Shown one piece after another: positions 10,077-19,336 of a stretch of DNA of 64,000 nucleotides. The stretch spans positions 10,286-74,285 of the forward strand of contig JBAQUX010000008.1 in assembly GCA_049297775.1 (NCBI GenBank), written 5' to 3'. The notes below the pieces were generated by a model, which ran no database searches, was not told the DNA's origin, and saw nothing but the letters and a program-made list of their open reading frames with translations. Origin of the DNA: Minisyncoccia bacterium. Lineage in GTDB: Bacteria; Patescibacteriota; Minisyncoccia; Phycocordibacterales; UBA2100. The position numbers and the translations under genes were made by a program. How positions within the stretch are numbered: position 1 is the stretch's first letter; each line of letters begins with the position of its first letter.

Positions 10077-12425
10077 ATGAAAATCGCGTTACTTTGTGGA
10101 GGGCCTTCACTTGAGAGGGGTATCTCACTCAACTCGGCACGCTCAGTGCTCGATCATGTGCATAGTGCAGAGATTGAAATAATTCCTATCTATTTCGACG
10201 AGAAGAAAAATGCATATAAGGTGTCGCCTGCACAGCTGTACTCTAACACTCCTTCAGACTTTGATTTCAAGCTACATGAATCTGCAACTCCACTTACGCA
10301 AAAACAGCTTGTAACATTTTTAAAAAAATCAGTAGACCTTGTTTTTCCTGTGATGCATGGCCCATTTGGTGAAGATGGTGAAATTCAAAAAATTCTCGAA
10401 AAAAACTCAATTCCGTTTATTGGCTCAGGTTCAGTTGCGTGCAAGCAAGCATTCGACAAATTTACGGCAAATGAATTTATTCGCAATAATGGTTTTACTG
10501 CGCCTCAGTCTCTTGTGCTTAAAATTTATGATAAGGACCACAAACGAGACATCACTGCCTTTTTTAAGAAACATGCAATCACTCGCGCAGTTGTAAAGCC
10601 TGCGACAGGCGGCTCAAGTATTGGGGTCTTTTCTGTAACCTCCGTCGCGGAGGCATGTGAGAAAGTCTCATTGCTATTTTCAAAACGCATGGACACTCGT
10701 GTGGTCATTGAGCCATTCGCTGCCGGTATTGAATTTACTGTAATCATTTTGCAAAATAAATTTGGTCTTCCGGTTGCCATTCTTCCTACGGAAATTGAAA
10801 CTGATTACAGAGAAAATCAAATATTCGACTACAGAAGAAAATATCTTCCTACTCGACACGTTACATACCACTGTCCGCCACGATTTAGCCAGGAGATTAT
10901 TTCGCGCATTCAGGCAGAGGCCGAACAACTATTCTCACTGTTTCAGTTGCGAGACTTTGCGCGTTTTGATGGGTGGCTCCTGAATGATGGAACTGTGTGG
11001 TTCTCAGACTTTAATCCAATATCTGGCATGGAGCAGAACAGTTTCTTGTTTCAACAAGCTGCGCGCGTCGGGCTTTCACATAGTGACATGCTCCGTACCG
11101 TTATTCAGTCTGCATGTATTCGATATGGCTTAGTCATGCCAAAGAGAAACGTCATGACAAAAAAGCGTAAACCTATCGGTATACTTTTCGGCGGGACAAC
11201 ATCAGAGCGACAAGTGTCACTCATGAGCGGAACTAATGTGTGGCTTAAGTTACGTAACTCTGATATGTACGAGCCAACACCATACCTCCTCGATAATGAT
11301 GGGGCAGTATGGCAACTACCATACTCGTTTACACTTAATCATACAGTCGAAGAGATATCTGAGAACTGTTCACGTGCAGCCGCAGATGAAGAAACTTTGG
11401 GCTGGTTTGTGCGCGCAGTGCGACATAAGTTATCTCTGAAAGAAAAATATGTTCCGGAACTTCCCAAAAAAATGACGCTTGAAGCATGTATTGCGCGTGC
11501 ACCCTACTTATTTCTTGCGTTACATGGTGGAGACGGAGAAGGCGGTGTATTGCAAGAACAACTTGCACGAGCACATATTCTTTTTAATGGCTCAAGCGCA
11601 TCTGTGTCTCGTCTCTGTATGGATAAGTATGAGACAAACGTTCGTATACGTGAATTTAAAATACCTGGCGTCAGTACGACAATTGGTATGTTGGTGCCAG
11701 CTGATATGGCGACAATCGAAAACGCAGCGACTATCTGGAATCAGGTACGCAAAGAACTAAAATGCGACTCCCTTGTGGTGAAGCCTCGTGCGGATGGTTG
11801 TTCATCTGGTGTAGTGCACTTGTATACCGTTGGAGATTTCACTCAGTATATGAAGTGCGCTACGAATGGTCAGCAAACAATACCCGAAGGCACATTCTCT
11901 GTTCAGTCAGGTATAGTGGAAATGCCAACAGAGCCTATTACAGAGGTTCTCTGTGAAGCATTTGTGGGCACAGACACTATCAGAGTTGTGCGAGGGCAGT
12001 TGCATCATGAAGTAAAATCGGGATACGTTGAGGTCACCGTAGGCGTTCTTGAAATCGCTGGAAAAATCCACGCGCTCAACCCCAGCATTACCGTTGCCGA
12101 TGGAGAGGTGCTTTCTCTTGAGGAGAAGTTCCAGGGAGGTACTGGGGTAAACATAACTCCGCCGCCTGAAAGCCTTATCAGCAAAGGTGTGCAAAAGAAA
12201 ATCAAGGAACGTATCACTCGCGTCGCAGAATGTATGAAAATTTCTGGATACGCGCGTATCGATGCGTTTGTGCACTGTAAGACTGGGGAAGTTATAGTAA
12301 TTGAAATAAATACACTTCCTGGACTGACACCGTCAACAGTACTGTATCATCAAGGACTAGCCGAAAAACCTCAAATGTTCCCTCGAACACTACTTGAAAA
12401 AATTATTAAAAGTTCAGGCTATTAA
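10077..12425 (+). CDS. ddl: Tandem-duplicated D-alanine--D-alanine ligase (two complete Ddl/ATP-grasp modules in one 782-aa protein)
   Basis: Module 1 runs from MKIALLCGGPSLERGISLNSA through VVKPATGGSSIG to FNPISGM. Module 2 runs from KPIGILFGGTTSERQVSLMSG through LVVKPRADGCSSGV to EINTLPGLTPSTV. Confidence 0.75.
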   Translation: MKIALLCGGPSLERGISLNSARSVLDHVHSAEIEIIPIYFDEKKNAYKVSPAQLYSNTPSDFDFKLHESATPLTQKQLVTFLKKSVDLVFPVMHGPFGEDGEIQKILEKNSIPFIGSGSVACKQAFDKFTANEFIRNNGFTAPQSLVLKIYDKDHKRDITAFFKKHAITRAVVKPATGGSSIGVFSVTSVAEACEKVSLLFSKRMDTRVVIEPFAAGIEFTVIILQNKFGLPVAILPTEIETDYRENQIFDYRRKYLPTRHVTYHCPPRFSQEIISRIQAEAEQLFSLFQLRDFARFDGWLLNDGTVWFSDFNPISGMEQNSFLFQQAARVGLSHSDMLRTVIQSACIRYGLVMPKRNVMTKKRKPIGILFGGTTSERQVSLMSGTNVWLKLRNSDMYEPTPYLLDNDGAVWQLPYSFTLNHTVEEISENCSRAAADEETLGWFVRAVRHKLSLKEKYVPELPKKMTLEACIARAPYLFLALHGGDGEGGVLQEQLARAHILFNGSSASVSRLCMDKYETNVRIREFKIPGVSTTIGMLVPADMATIENAATIWNQVRKELKCDSLVVKPRADGCSSGVVHLYTVGDFTQYMKCATNGQQTIPEGTFSVQSGIVEMPTEPITEVLCEAFVGTDTIRVVRGQLHHEVKSGYVEVTVGVLEIAGKIHALNPSITVADGEVLSLEEKFQGGTGVNITPPPESLISKGVQKKIKERITRVAECMKISGYARIDAFVHCKTGEVIVIEINTLPGLTPSTVLYHQGLAEKPQMFPRTLLEKIIKSSGY

Positions 12426-12430
12426 CAGTC

Positions 12431-13762
12431 CTATCCAAAGATGCTTGAGTATATGAGGAATATGCCCGCACCACTCATTGCGATGATTGTAACCAGTCCT
12501 AAGAAGTTACTTGTTCTACTGTTAACATAATCACCCATAATTGTTTTATTGTTCGCTATAAGAAGAATCACAATCAAAAGTATTGGCGCAAGTAATCCAT
12601 TTAAAACAGCTGAGTAGTAGAGCATGAGCATTGGTGGTATCTCAAGTAAATTCACCGCAAGGCCGGCAAGGGTTGCAAGTGCGATGATCGCATAAAATCC
12701 ATGTGCATTCGCATAGTTCTTTTCTAGTCCTGTTTTCAATCCAAGCGCTTCAGATACTGCGTATCCTGCTGACCCCGCAAGTACCGGTACAGCAAGTAAA
12801 CCAGTCCCAATGATACCGAGAGCAAAAAGCAAAAAAGCAAAATCACCGGCAAGTGGGCGAAGTGCCTCTGCCGCTTCAGCCGCAGTCTCTAGTTGTACAC
12901 TTCCTGATAGACCGATAGTTCCCGCAACAGAAATGATGATGAAAAATGTAACCATTTGAGAAAAAAACATACCGAGTGCAGTATCCATACGCATATGATT
13001 CATGTCGCCGACGGTGAACTTCGGAGTGCCTTCGCCAAAATCTGAAATTTCACCTCGGACGATTTCATCTTCTACCTCTTGACTTGTTTGCCAGTAAAAG
13101 AGGTAGGGTGATATGCAGGTACCAAGAAATGCGACAACCCCGAGCATGTATGTTTGCGAAAGGTTTACATGAGGAAACACTAGGTGTGTAAGTACTTCGG
13201 TCCAATGCACACCGATAATAAATGCAGTTATGATGTATGCGAACAATGAAAATGTGAGATATTTTAAGATTGTTTCATAACGGTGGTACGGAATATAAAT
13301 TTCAAGTCCGATGACGCCAATAGAAAAAACAAATAGTGCGAGTGTATACGGTACTGGTATAAGTAATTGCATCGCGGATGCCATAGCACCCAAGTCTGCG
13401 CCTATATTTACAACGTTTGCGAGGACAAGAACAATGGTAGTTCCAAAAAGTATCGTTTTCGGATAGTTGTTTTTAAGTACACCTGAGAGCCCGTGTCCTG
13501 TAACTATGCCAATACGTCCGCACATTTCCTGTACGACAGTCATGAGCGGATAGGCAACAATAACTAGCCAGAGTTGGTTGTATCCAAAGAGTGCGCCGGA
13601 TTGTGAGTAAGTGGCAATGCCTGAAGGATCATCATCTGCTGCGCCAGTCACAAAACCGGGACCGATTTTTTTCCAAAAGTTTTTTAATTTGTTCGAGGCA
13701 TCTTCAATCACGTGACTATTGTAGTATGCATTTATATATACTACAATCACATGAGCTTTCAT
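12431..13762 (-). CDS. mntH: NRAMP-family divalent metal cation transporter
   Basis: The GPGFVTGAADDDPSGIATYSQSGA N-terminal motif is typical of bacterial Nramp-related transporters. It is a polytopic membrane protein. Confidence 0.75.
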   Translation of the reverse strand: MKAHVIVVYINAYYNSHVIEDASNKLKNFWKKIGPGFVTGAADDDPSGIATYSQSGALFGYNQLWLVIVAYPLMTVVQEMCGRIGIVTGHGLSGVLKNNYPKTILFGTTIVLVLANVVNIGADLGAMASAMQLLIPVPYTLALFVFSIGVIGLEIYIPYHRYETILKYLTFSLFAYIITAFIIGVHWTEVLTHLVFPHVNLSQTYMLGVVAFLGTCISPYLFYWQTSQEVEDEIVRGEISDFGEGTPKFTVGDMNHMRMDTALGMFFSQMVTFFIIISVAGTIGLSGSVQLETAAEAAEALRPLAGDFAFLLFALGIIGTGLLAVPVLAGSAGYAVSEALGLKTGLEKNYANAHGFYAIIALATLAGLAVNLLEIPPMLMLYYSAVLNGLLAPILLIVILLIANNKTIMGDYVNSRTSNFLGLVTIIAMSGAGIFLIYSSIFG

Positions 13763-13845
13763 CGAGAGTGTGGTAAGAGGTATGACTCAATGACCCACCG
13801 GCAACCGGCTGATACGGTGCCCCAATCATATTGATGAGTACTCGG
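13757..13845 (+). promoter_or_regulatory. Candidate SAM-I (S-box) riboswitch in the metK leader
   Basis: P1 pairs TTCATC (13758-63) with GATGAG (13833-38). Inside are AGAGTGTGG..AAGAGG, a kink-turn-like ATGACCC, the GGCAACC block and GGTGCCCCAATC (compare S-box GGUGCUAAUUCC). These occur in the S-box order, directly upstream of the S-adenosylmethionine synthetase gene. Confidence 0.45.
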
Positions 13846-13892
13846 AAAGCGAATCTTATAAAGCGAGTGTCAGCACTCATAATTTTCGTACT

Positions 13893-14843
13893 ATGCGTTC
13901 AGCAGAATGTGTTACACCAAGTCACCCAGATAAACTGTGTGACAGAATAAGCGATTCAATTTTAGACGCATGTTTACAGCAAGATCCATATAGTCGTGTT
14001 GCCGTTGAAAGTATGGGCGGGCACGGACTCCTCGTAATTATGGGAGAAATTACGACTACCGCATCGGTTGATTATGAAAAAATTGCTCGCACAGTCGTTG
14101 GCGAAGAAATAAAAATCATCGTGCATATCTCATTGCAGAGTAGAGAGATTGCACAGGGGGTTGATGTGGGGGGTGCTGGAGACCAAGGGATAATGGTGGG
14201 ATATGCGAGCGCAGAAACAGAGGAGTACATGCCCGCCGAAGTAATCTTTGCGAGAAAACTTGCGCAATTCATGTATAAAAAATATCCAGTAGACGGAAAA
14301 ACACAATGTACTTATGATGAGATGACGGGAAAAATATTGTCACTGGTTGCGTCATTTCAAGGGGTAACAAAATCTCAATTGGAAGCAGATGTACAAGAAT
14401 GGCTAACGCTTATGAAGCACGGTGATGTATCGTCAATTTTTTGTAATCCCGCTGGTGATTGGAACTCTGGTGGTTTTGATGCCGACACAGGGCTTACTGG
14501 AAGAAAAATTGCTGTAGATTCATATGGACCACGTATCCCTGTTGGTGGCGGTGCATTCAGCGGGAAGGATGCAACAAAAGTAGATAGAAGTGGCGCGTAT
14601 ATGGCACGAAAAATCGCTGTTGACTTGTTGCGAGCAAATAACGCAAAAGAAGTATACGTATACCTTGCATATTCGATTGGCATTGCAGAGCCTGTGCAAG
14701 CTACAGCAGTCATTGATGGTGTAGAGCAAGAGATTCTCGGATATGACCTGACCCCTGAAGGCATTATTTCTCTACTTAAGTTACGGACACCTCAATTTGC
14801 ACAAAGAGCAATGTGGGGTCATTTTGGGCACGAGACCATCTAG
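13893..14843 (+). CDS. metK: S-adenosylmethionine synthetase (short form, 316 aa)
   Basis: HPDKLCDRISDSILD, GGGAFSGKDATKVDRSGAYMAR and GEITT are present. Confidence 0.85.
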   Translation: MRSAECVTPSHPDKLCDRISDSILDACLQQDPYSRVAVESMGGHGLLVIMGEITTTASVDYEKIARTVVGEEIKIIVHISLQSREIAQGVDVGGAGDQGIMVGYASAETEEYMPAEVIFARKLAQFMYKKYPVDGKTQCTYDEMTGKILSLVASFQGVTKSQLEADVQEWLTLMKHGDVSSIFCNPAGDWNSGGFDADTGLTGRKIAVDSYGPRIPVGGGAFSGKDATKVDRSGAYMARKIAVDLLRANNAKEVYVYLAYSIGIAEPVQATAVIDGVEQEILGYDLTPEGIISLLKLRTPQFAQRAMWGHFGHETI

Positions 14844-14856
14844 ATGCTATCTGTTG

Positions 14857-15069
14857 TTATTGCTGTATTCGGTACATTGCCCAAATACCTGCAAAGCCAC
14901 CGACTGCAGTAAAAAGAACTGAGGACATATCAAATCCAGAAGTGTCGCCCCAGAGATATGGTATGTATCCACCCAAGAATGAGCCCGCAGTCATACCAAG
15001 CATAATAAGTCGCTTATCCATGTATACAGTGTTCATTCCAAGTGCATAGGTGTAGTATGCTTTTACCAT
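14857..15069 (-). CDS. Small glycine-zipper membrane protein (hypothetical)
   Basis: It is a 70-aa protein with two hydrophobic segments carrying GxxxG repeats. It fills the metK-ldt gap on the opposite strand. Confidence 0.3.
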   Translation of the reverse strand: MVKAYYTYALGMNTVYMDKRLIMLGMTAGSFLGGYIPYLWGDTSGFDMSSVLFTAVGGFAGIWAMYRIQQ

Positions 15070-15814
15070 GAGTGCACTGCAGACGATTATTTTTTCAGTA
15101 TGTCTGTGTGCGTATGCAATTTCTTTTCAAACTTCACATGCCGCAGCAGGGTATTTTGTTGAGGTTGTGCATGGATGTACTACTTCGGGCCCCGCATGTG
15201 CAAAAATCCGCGCTCGCCCGAGTGCAACGAGCGCACTCATAAAGGAGGCGCGTATTGGTGTTGTTTTAGAAGTGGACCAGGAAGTGCATGTTGGTGAAGA
15301 TGTTTGGTATAGGATTCGTCATGATACACAGCTAAGATATCCCGAACGAGTAACGGGGCGATGGTACATACATGGAAAATTTGTACGTGTTTTATTACAA
15401 GAAGGGAAACAAGAGATACAGCCAAGAATGCAAGTGCCAAATGGAAAAAAAATCGTAGTAACTATTAGCGAACAAAACCTTGTTGCGTATGAGAATGATG
15501 AAGTGTTCCTTTCCGCAAAAGTTTCCACTGGGCTCAAGGTCACACCTACGCCACGGGGCGTATTTACAATTTTTAAAAAGCAGCCCTCACGGTATATGCA
15601 AGGACCACTCCCGTATATATCGCAAAAATACTACGATTTACCCGGAGTTCCGTGGACTATGTATTTTACTGAGCAAGGAGCCGCAATTCATGGTGCGTAT
15701 TGGCATACCAGTTTCGGAAAGCGATACTCAAGTGGCTGTGTGAATCTTCCACCAGATACTGCGCGCATTTTATATGAATGGGCAGAGCTCGGAACACTTG
15801 TGGTAATAAAGTAA
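15068..15814 (+). CDS. Secreted L,D-transpeptidase (YkuD domain)
   Basis: A signal peptide is present. The catalytic motif HGAYWHTSFGKRYSSGCVNL matches the H...S/xGC(V/I)RL pattern. Confidence 0.8.
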   Translation: MSALQTIIFSVCLCAYAISFQTSHAAAGYFVEVVHGCTTSGPACAKIRARPSATSALIKEARIGVVLEVDQEVHVGEDVWYRIRHDTQLRYPERVTGRWYIHGKFVRVLLQEGKQEIQPRMQVPNGKKIVVTISEQNLVAYENDEVFLSAKVSTGLKVTPTPRGVFTIFKKQPSRYMQGPLPYISQKYYDLPGVPWTMYFTEQGAAIHGAYWHTSFGKRYSSGCVNLPPDTARILYEWAELGTLVVIK

Positions 15815-15852
15815 ATATTCACTCACGGAGTGCTGTGCGGTATACTGACGGT

Positions 15853-17706
15853 ATGTCTACATTTTTCTCGTCAGTACGACCATACCTTTCGCTCGAGTCA
15901 GGAATCGCCGTTGCCGTTTTAACAGCGTTGCTCGTTTATTTTTTTAGTGGCTATGCATTGTTTGCCCAATATATACTCACCGCGGTAATCGTATTCGGCA
16001 TAGCACCACTCATTGTAGATATCACCCGAAGTATAGTTGCAAAGGAATTTGGGGTTGATGTGATTGCACTTCTTGCCATCGTCGCCTCATTGTTAATTGG
16101 CGAATATGCTGCTGCGGGCTTGATTTTGCTGATGCTCTCGGGGGGAGAGAGTCTTGAACGATTTGCAGAAGGAAAAGCTCGCGGAAGTCTTGAAAAACTA
16201 CTTGCTGGTGCGCCAACAGTTGCGCATAAAATTGTAGGCGACAGCGTTGTTGATGTGTCTCTCCATGATATTGCGATAGGTGACGTGGTTTTGGTAAAAC
16301 AAAAGGAAATTGTTCCTGTAGATGGAACACTCGTACTTGGCACCGCAACGATTGATGAATCTATGATAACAGGAGAACCAATGGGAAGAGAAATCTCCGT
16401 GCATGACCGTGTATACAGTGGTTCTGTAAATGGTGAGAGTATCATTCATGTTCGTGTTGATAAGGCGCACGCAGATAGTACGTATGCATCAATTGTGCGT
16501 CTCGTGCAAAAAGCTGAAGAGGAAAAGGCGCCAATGGTTCGTTTGGCAGATAGATACAGTATCGTATTTACCGCAATTACCTTGGTGATTGCTGGTATCG
16601 CATATTTTGTACTCGACAGTTCTTATCTCGCTGTTGCCGTCCTAGTTGTTGCAACACCATGCCCACTTATTCTTGCGGCACCGATAGCGTTTATTGCTGG
16701 AATGAGTCGCGCTGCAAAGAAGGGTATTATCGTGAAGCATGGCGGAGTTTTTGAAGGTGTCACTAACGCAAAGGAATTCTTTTTTGATAAAACGGGCACT
16801 CTTACTTTTGGAACTCCGACACTCGTCACTATCACACCAGTAAAGACAGGTCTCACAAAGGAACAAGTACTCACTGTAGCAGGTTCACTCGAACAACTTT
16901 CTACGCACATCATCGCACGGAGCGTCCTTGCCACAGTGAAAATTCAGAAAACAGTACTTACGTATCCAGATAATTTCTCTGAAACTTTTGGTAAAGGTGT
17001 TGTGGGTACGATTGACGGTAAGGTCTCAATGATAGGCAAGAAGGCGTACCTCAGTGAGCACGGTGTTACGGTTTCAGAAAATCTTTTGCAAGAAGCCGAA
17101 AAAGTAAAAGCGCGTGGTGGTATTTTTGTGTACGTGGGACAGGGTACAGAAGTTATTGGTACACTTGAGTTCGAAGATAGTACCCGAGAAAGTGTTGGGC
17201 AGACATTGCAGTCAATCACTGATGCGGGATATACGACTGTTCTCGTCACCGGTGATACAAAGGTTCGAGCAGAAACGCTCCGCGAAAAATTACACCTTGG
17301 CATCATCTATGCAGACTGTCTACCAGAAGATAAAGTTGCAAAGGTTGTCGCTTCAGAAAATGCTGGTCGTCCAGTGGTAATGATTGGTGATGGTGTCAAT
17401 GATGCACCTGCCCTTGCCGCTGCATCAGTTGGTGTTGCACTTGGTTCACATGGCGAGACTGCCTCAACTGATGCAGCTGACGCGGTAATTCTTGTAGACG
17501 ACATTGATCGTGTAGCAGACTTAGTGCGCATCAGTAAGGGAACCATGCGCATCGCGCGACAATCAATCTTTGCCGGTATTGGGTTTAGTGTGCTCGCGAT
17601 GATAATTGCCCTGTTGGGATACTTACCACCAACTACCGGTGCGTTAGTGCAGGAAGCAATCGATGTTGTGGTTATCTTAAATGCACTCAGAGTATTGCGT
17701 GTGTAG
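15853..17706 (+). CDS. P1B-type heavy-metal translocating ATPase with no N-terminal metal-binding domain
   Basis: TGEP, the phosphorylation motif DKTGTLT, a CPx-type TPCPL in the transmembrane region, and GDGVNDAPAL are present. The start is taken at MSTFF (15853). Confidence 0.85.
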   Translation: MSTFFSSVRPYLSLESGIAVAVLTALLVYFFSGYALFAQYILTAVIVFGIAPLIVDITRSIVAKEFGVDVIALLAIVASLLIGEYAAAGLILLMLSGGESLERFAEGKARGSLEKLLAGAPTVAHKIVGDSVVDVSLHDIAIGDVVLVKQKEIVPVDGTLVLGTATIDESMITGEPMGREISVHDRVYSGSVNGESIIHVRVDKAHADSTYASIVRLVQKAEEEKAPMVRLADRYSIVFTAITLVIAGIAYFVLDSSYLAVAVLVVATPCPLILAAPIAFIAGMSRAAKKGIIVKHGGVFEGVTNAKEFFFDKTGTLTFGTPTLVTITPVKTGLTKEQVLTVAGSLEQLSTHIIARSVLATVKIQKTVLTYPDNFSETFGKGVVGTIDGKVSMIGKKAYLSEHGVTVSENLLQEAEKVKARGGIFVYVGQGTEVIGTLEFEDSTRESVGQTLQSITDAGYTTVLVTGDTKVRAETLREKLHLGIIYADCLPEDKVAKVVASENAGRPVVMIGDGVNDAPALAAASVGVALGSHGETASTDAADAVILVDDIDRVADLVRISKGTMRIARQSIFAGIGFSVLAMIIALLGYLPPTTGALVQEAIDVVVILNALRVLRV

Positions 17707-17728
17707 CGATATATATATGTGCAATTAA

Positions 17729-17758
17729 AAAACACCGATTCGTATCGGTTTTTTTATT
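17729..17758. terminator. Bidirectional rho-independent terminator (CACCGAT-tcgt-ATCGGTG flanked by A6 and T7)
   Basis: It sits in the convergent gap between the ATPase gene (+) and the DUF4342 gene (-). Confidence 0.7.
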
Positions 17759-17775
17759 GCGGGCGCTCTTACTGG

Positions 17776-18072
17776 TTACTTTTGGTCTTCGGCTGTCGTG
17801 GTAGGTTGTACTACGGTCTCCTCGTTTGTAGCGGGAGTATCATTTTTTTCAACAACGATTGAGCATTTTGTAAGTAATGCTGCAACAGCGGCTACCGCGG
17901 CAAGAACTGGAGCGATAATGGCACCGATTGCACCAAGCACGAGGGGAATCTCAAGTAATGTCTCTCCAGATTCTTTCTTAATGGTAATGCGCCGTGCGTT
18001 ACCTTCAGAAATAAGAGCTTTCACTTTCGCGTAAAGTTCTTTTCCGTCAATTTTAAATTCTTCAGTCGTCAT
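17776..18072 (-). CDS. DUF4342 family protein
   Basis: The KVKALISEGNARRITIKKESGETLLEIPLVLGAIGAIIAPVLAAVAAVAAL segment matches the DUF4342 pattern. Confidence 0.6.
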   Translation of the reverse strand: MTTEEFKIDGKELYAKVKALISEGNARRITIKKESGETLLEIPLVLGAIGAIIAPVLAAVAAVAALLTKCSIVVEKNDTPATNEETVVQPTTTAEDQK

Positions 18073-18216
18073 ATGTGTGTAATTAGCGAATAATCATAAT
18101 CAGTATACATGAAAAGTTTACATTGATTCGCATCTTTGATGGGTGCTTTATTTTATGCTGGGTATCATATGTGTAAACATCGCACACTCTCTCGTCGACT
18201 CCTATTTCCGAATGTA

Positions 18217-18248
18217 ATTCAAAACCCCTAATGCTTTCGCATTAAGGG
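18217..18248 (-). terminator. Rho-independent terminator downstream of tRNA-Asn (minus strand)
   Basis: CCCTAATGC-tttc-GCATTA(A)GGG forms a 9-bp stem with one bulged A. On the minus strand it is followed by TTTTGAAT. Confidence 0.55.
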
Positions 18249-18260
18249 CTAAGAATATGC

Positions 18261-18335
18261 TGGCTCCGGAGACAGGGATCGAACCTGTGGCCAATTCCTT
18301 AACAGGGAACTGCTCTACCGCTGAGCTACTCCGGA
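18261..18335 (-). tRNA. tRNA-Asn (anticodon GUU), CCA encoded
   Basis: The reverse complement TCCGGAGTAGCTCAGCGGTAGAGCAGTTCCCTGTTAAGGAATTGGCCACAGGTTCGATCCCTGTCTCCGGAGCCA folds as a cloverleaf. The anticodon loop is CUGUUAA, the T-loop is GGTTCGATCC, and the acceptor stem is a perfect 7 bp. Confidence 0.85.
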
Positions 18336-18459
18336 ATATTTTCCATACGCGTTAAACGTGTTGGAATGTGTGACATTGTATAGGAGATTCTCTCAAATTC
18401 AAGCATCTGTGTACGTATGTAGAGAATGCTATTTGTATGTTGTATTGTATACTTTAGGT

Positions 18460-18804
18460 ATGAAAGATTTAATACAGCGTGGATTAACAATGGTAACAGG
18501 AAAAACACCTGAACAACGTGCAGAAATTGCTACAGTAAAAGCCGAATTAAAGGATTTACAATCACGTTTGCGAAGTTTAGCGATGAGTAGACAGTCATTT
18601 CAGCCAAGCAGTACTTCTGGCATGCAAAGTGACTTCGACACATCGCACCCTACACATGGCGATACTCTCATGCAGGAGCATGCCGCACTTATGAGTGTGT
18701 TTACTGACCCAGACGAGCATGTGCGTGCTGAGGCAACGACGTTGAATGAACAGATTCAACAGAAAATGACACGCTTAACAGAATTGGGACAAAAGAAAAA
18801 ATAA
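18460..18804 (+). CDS. Hypothetical coiled-coil protein
   Basis: The ORF is read from MKDLIQRG. It is charged and helical with no recognisable domain. Confidence 0.4.
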   Translation: MKDLIQRGLTMVTGKTPEQRAEIATVKAELKDLQSRLRSLAMSRQSFQPSSTSGMQSDFDTSHPTHGDTLMQEHAALMSVFTDPDEHVRAEATTLNEQIQQKMTRLTELGQKKK

Positions 18805-18806
18805 CC

Positions 18807-19091
18807 ATGATTCTTTACGTAAAGACCCACTGTCCGTGGTGTGAACGAGTACTTGAGTACGCACGACTCCACGGCATTACTTTTGATGAATTACGAAATA
18901 AAATGGATGCGGGAGTCCAAGACGAATTGATTGCGCGCGGAGGCAAAAGTCAATTTCCGTATCTAGTTGATGGAGAGACAGAAATGTATGAGTCAGGAGA
19001 TATCATAGAATACCTCAGTAAAAAATTTAGTACAGATAATACTGCACCTGAAGTGAAGCATAAGGTATGCATCCCAGATTTAGATTTGTAG
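18807..19091 (+). CDS. Glutaredoxin-like / thioredoxin-fold protein (CPWC active site)
   Basis: MILYVKTHCPWCERVLEY is followed by a GG...FPYLVDGE Grx-like fold. Confidence 0.6.
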   Translation: MILYVKTHCPWCERVLEYARLHGITFDELRNKMDAGVQDELIARGGKSQFPYLVDGETEMYESGDIIEYLSKKFSTDNTAPEVKHKVCIPDLDL

Positions 19092-19092
19092 C

Positions 19093-19326
19093 ATGGGAGC
19101 GGTTACGATTCGCGTGAAAGCATATCCCGAAGCACGAAAAGAAGTGTGGCAACAGGTACAGGAATTACAGTTTGATGCATATGTGAAGGAACCAGCGCAG
19201 GACAATCGTGCAAACAAGCGCATTGTCACTCTTATAGCACGACATTTCAGCGTACCTTTACAGAATGTGCGTATGCTTACTGGTGCACGCACACGGGGGA
19301 AAACTTTTACTGTGACACTGCTATAA
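19093..19326 (+). CDS. DUF167 (YggU/UPF0235) family protein
   Basis: The VKAYPEARKE...ANKRIVTLIARHFSVPLQNVRMLTGARTRGKTFTV pattern matches YggU. Confidence 0.6.
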   Translation: MGAVTIRVKAYPEARKEVWQQVQELQFDAYVKEPAQDNRANKRIVTLIARHFSVPLQNVRMLTGARTRGKTFTVTLL

Positions 19327-19336
19327 TACATACATT

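Noticed and set aside
16022-16470. Several 90-165-aa ORFs antisense or out of frame within the P-type ATPase gene. Similar sets occur within lysS (34478-35155), mreB-2 (29227-29700), rseP (26893-27279) and msrAB.
   Set aside because: They are embedded in strongly supported genes and have no motifs or start signals. They are typical spurious overlapping ORFs.
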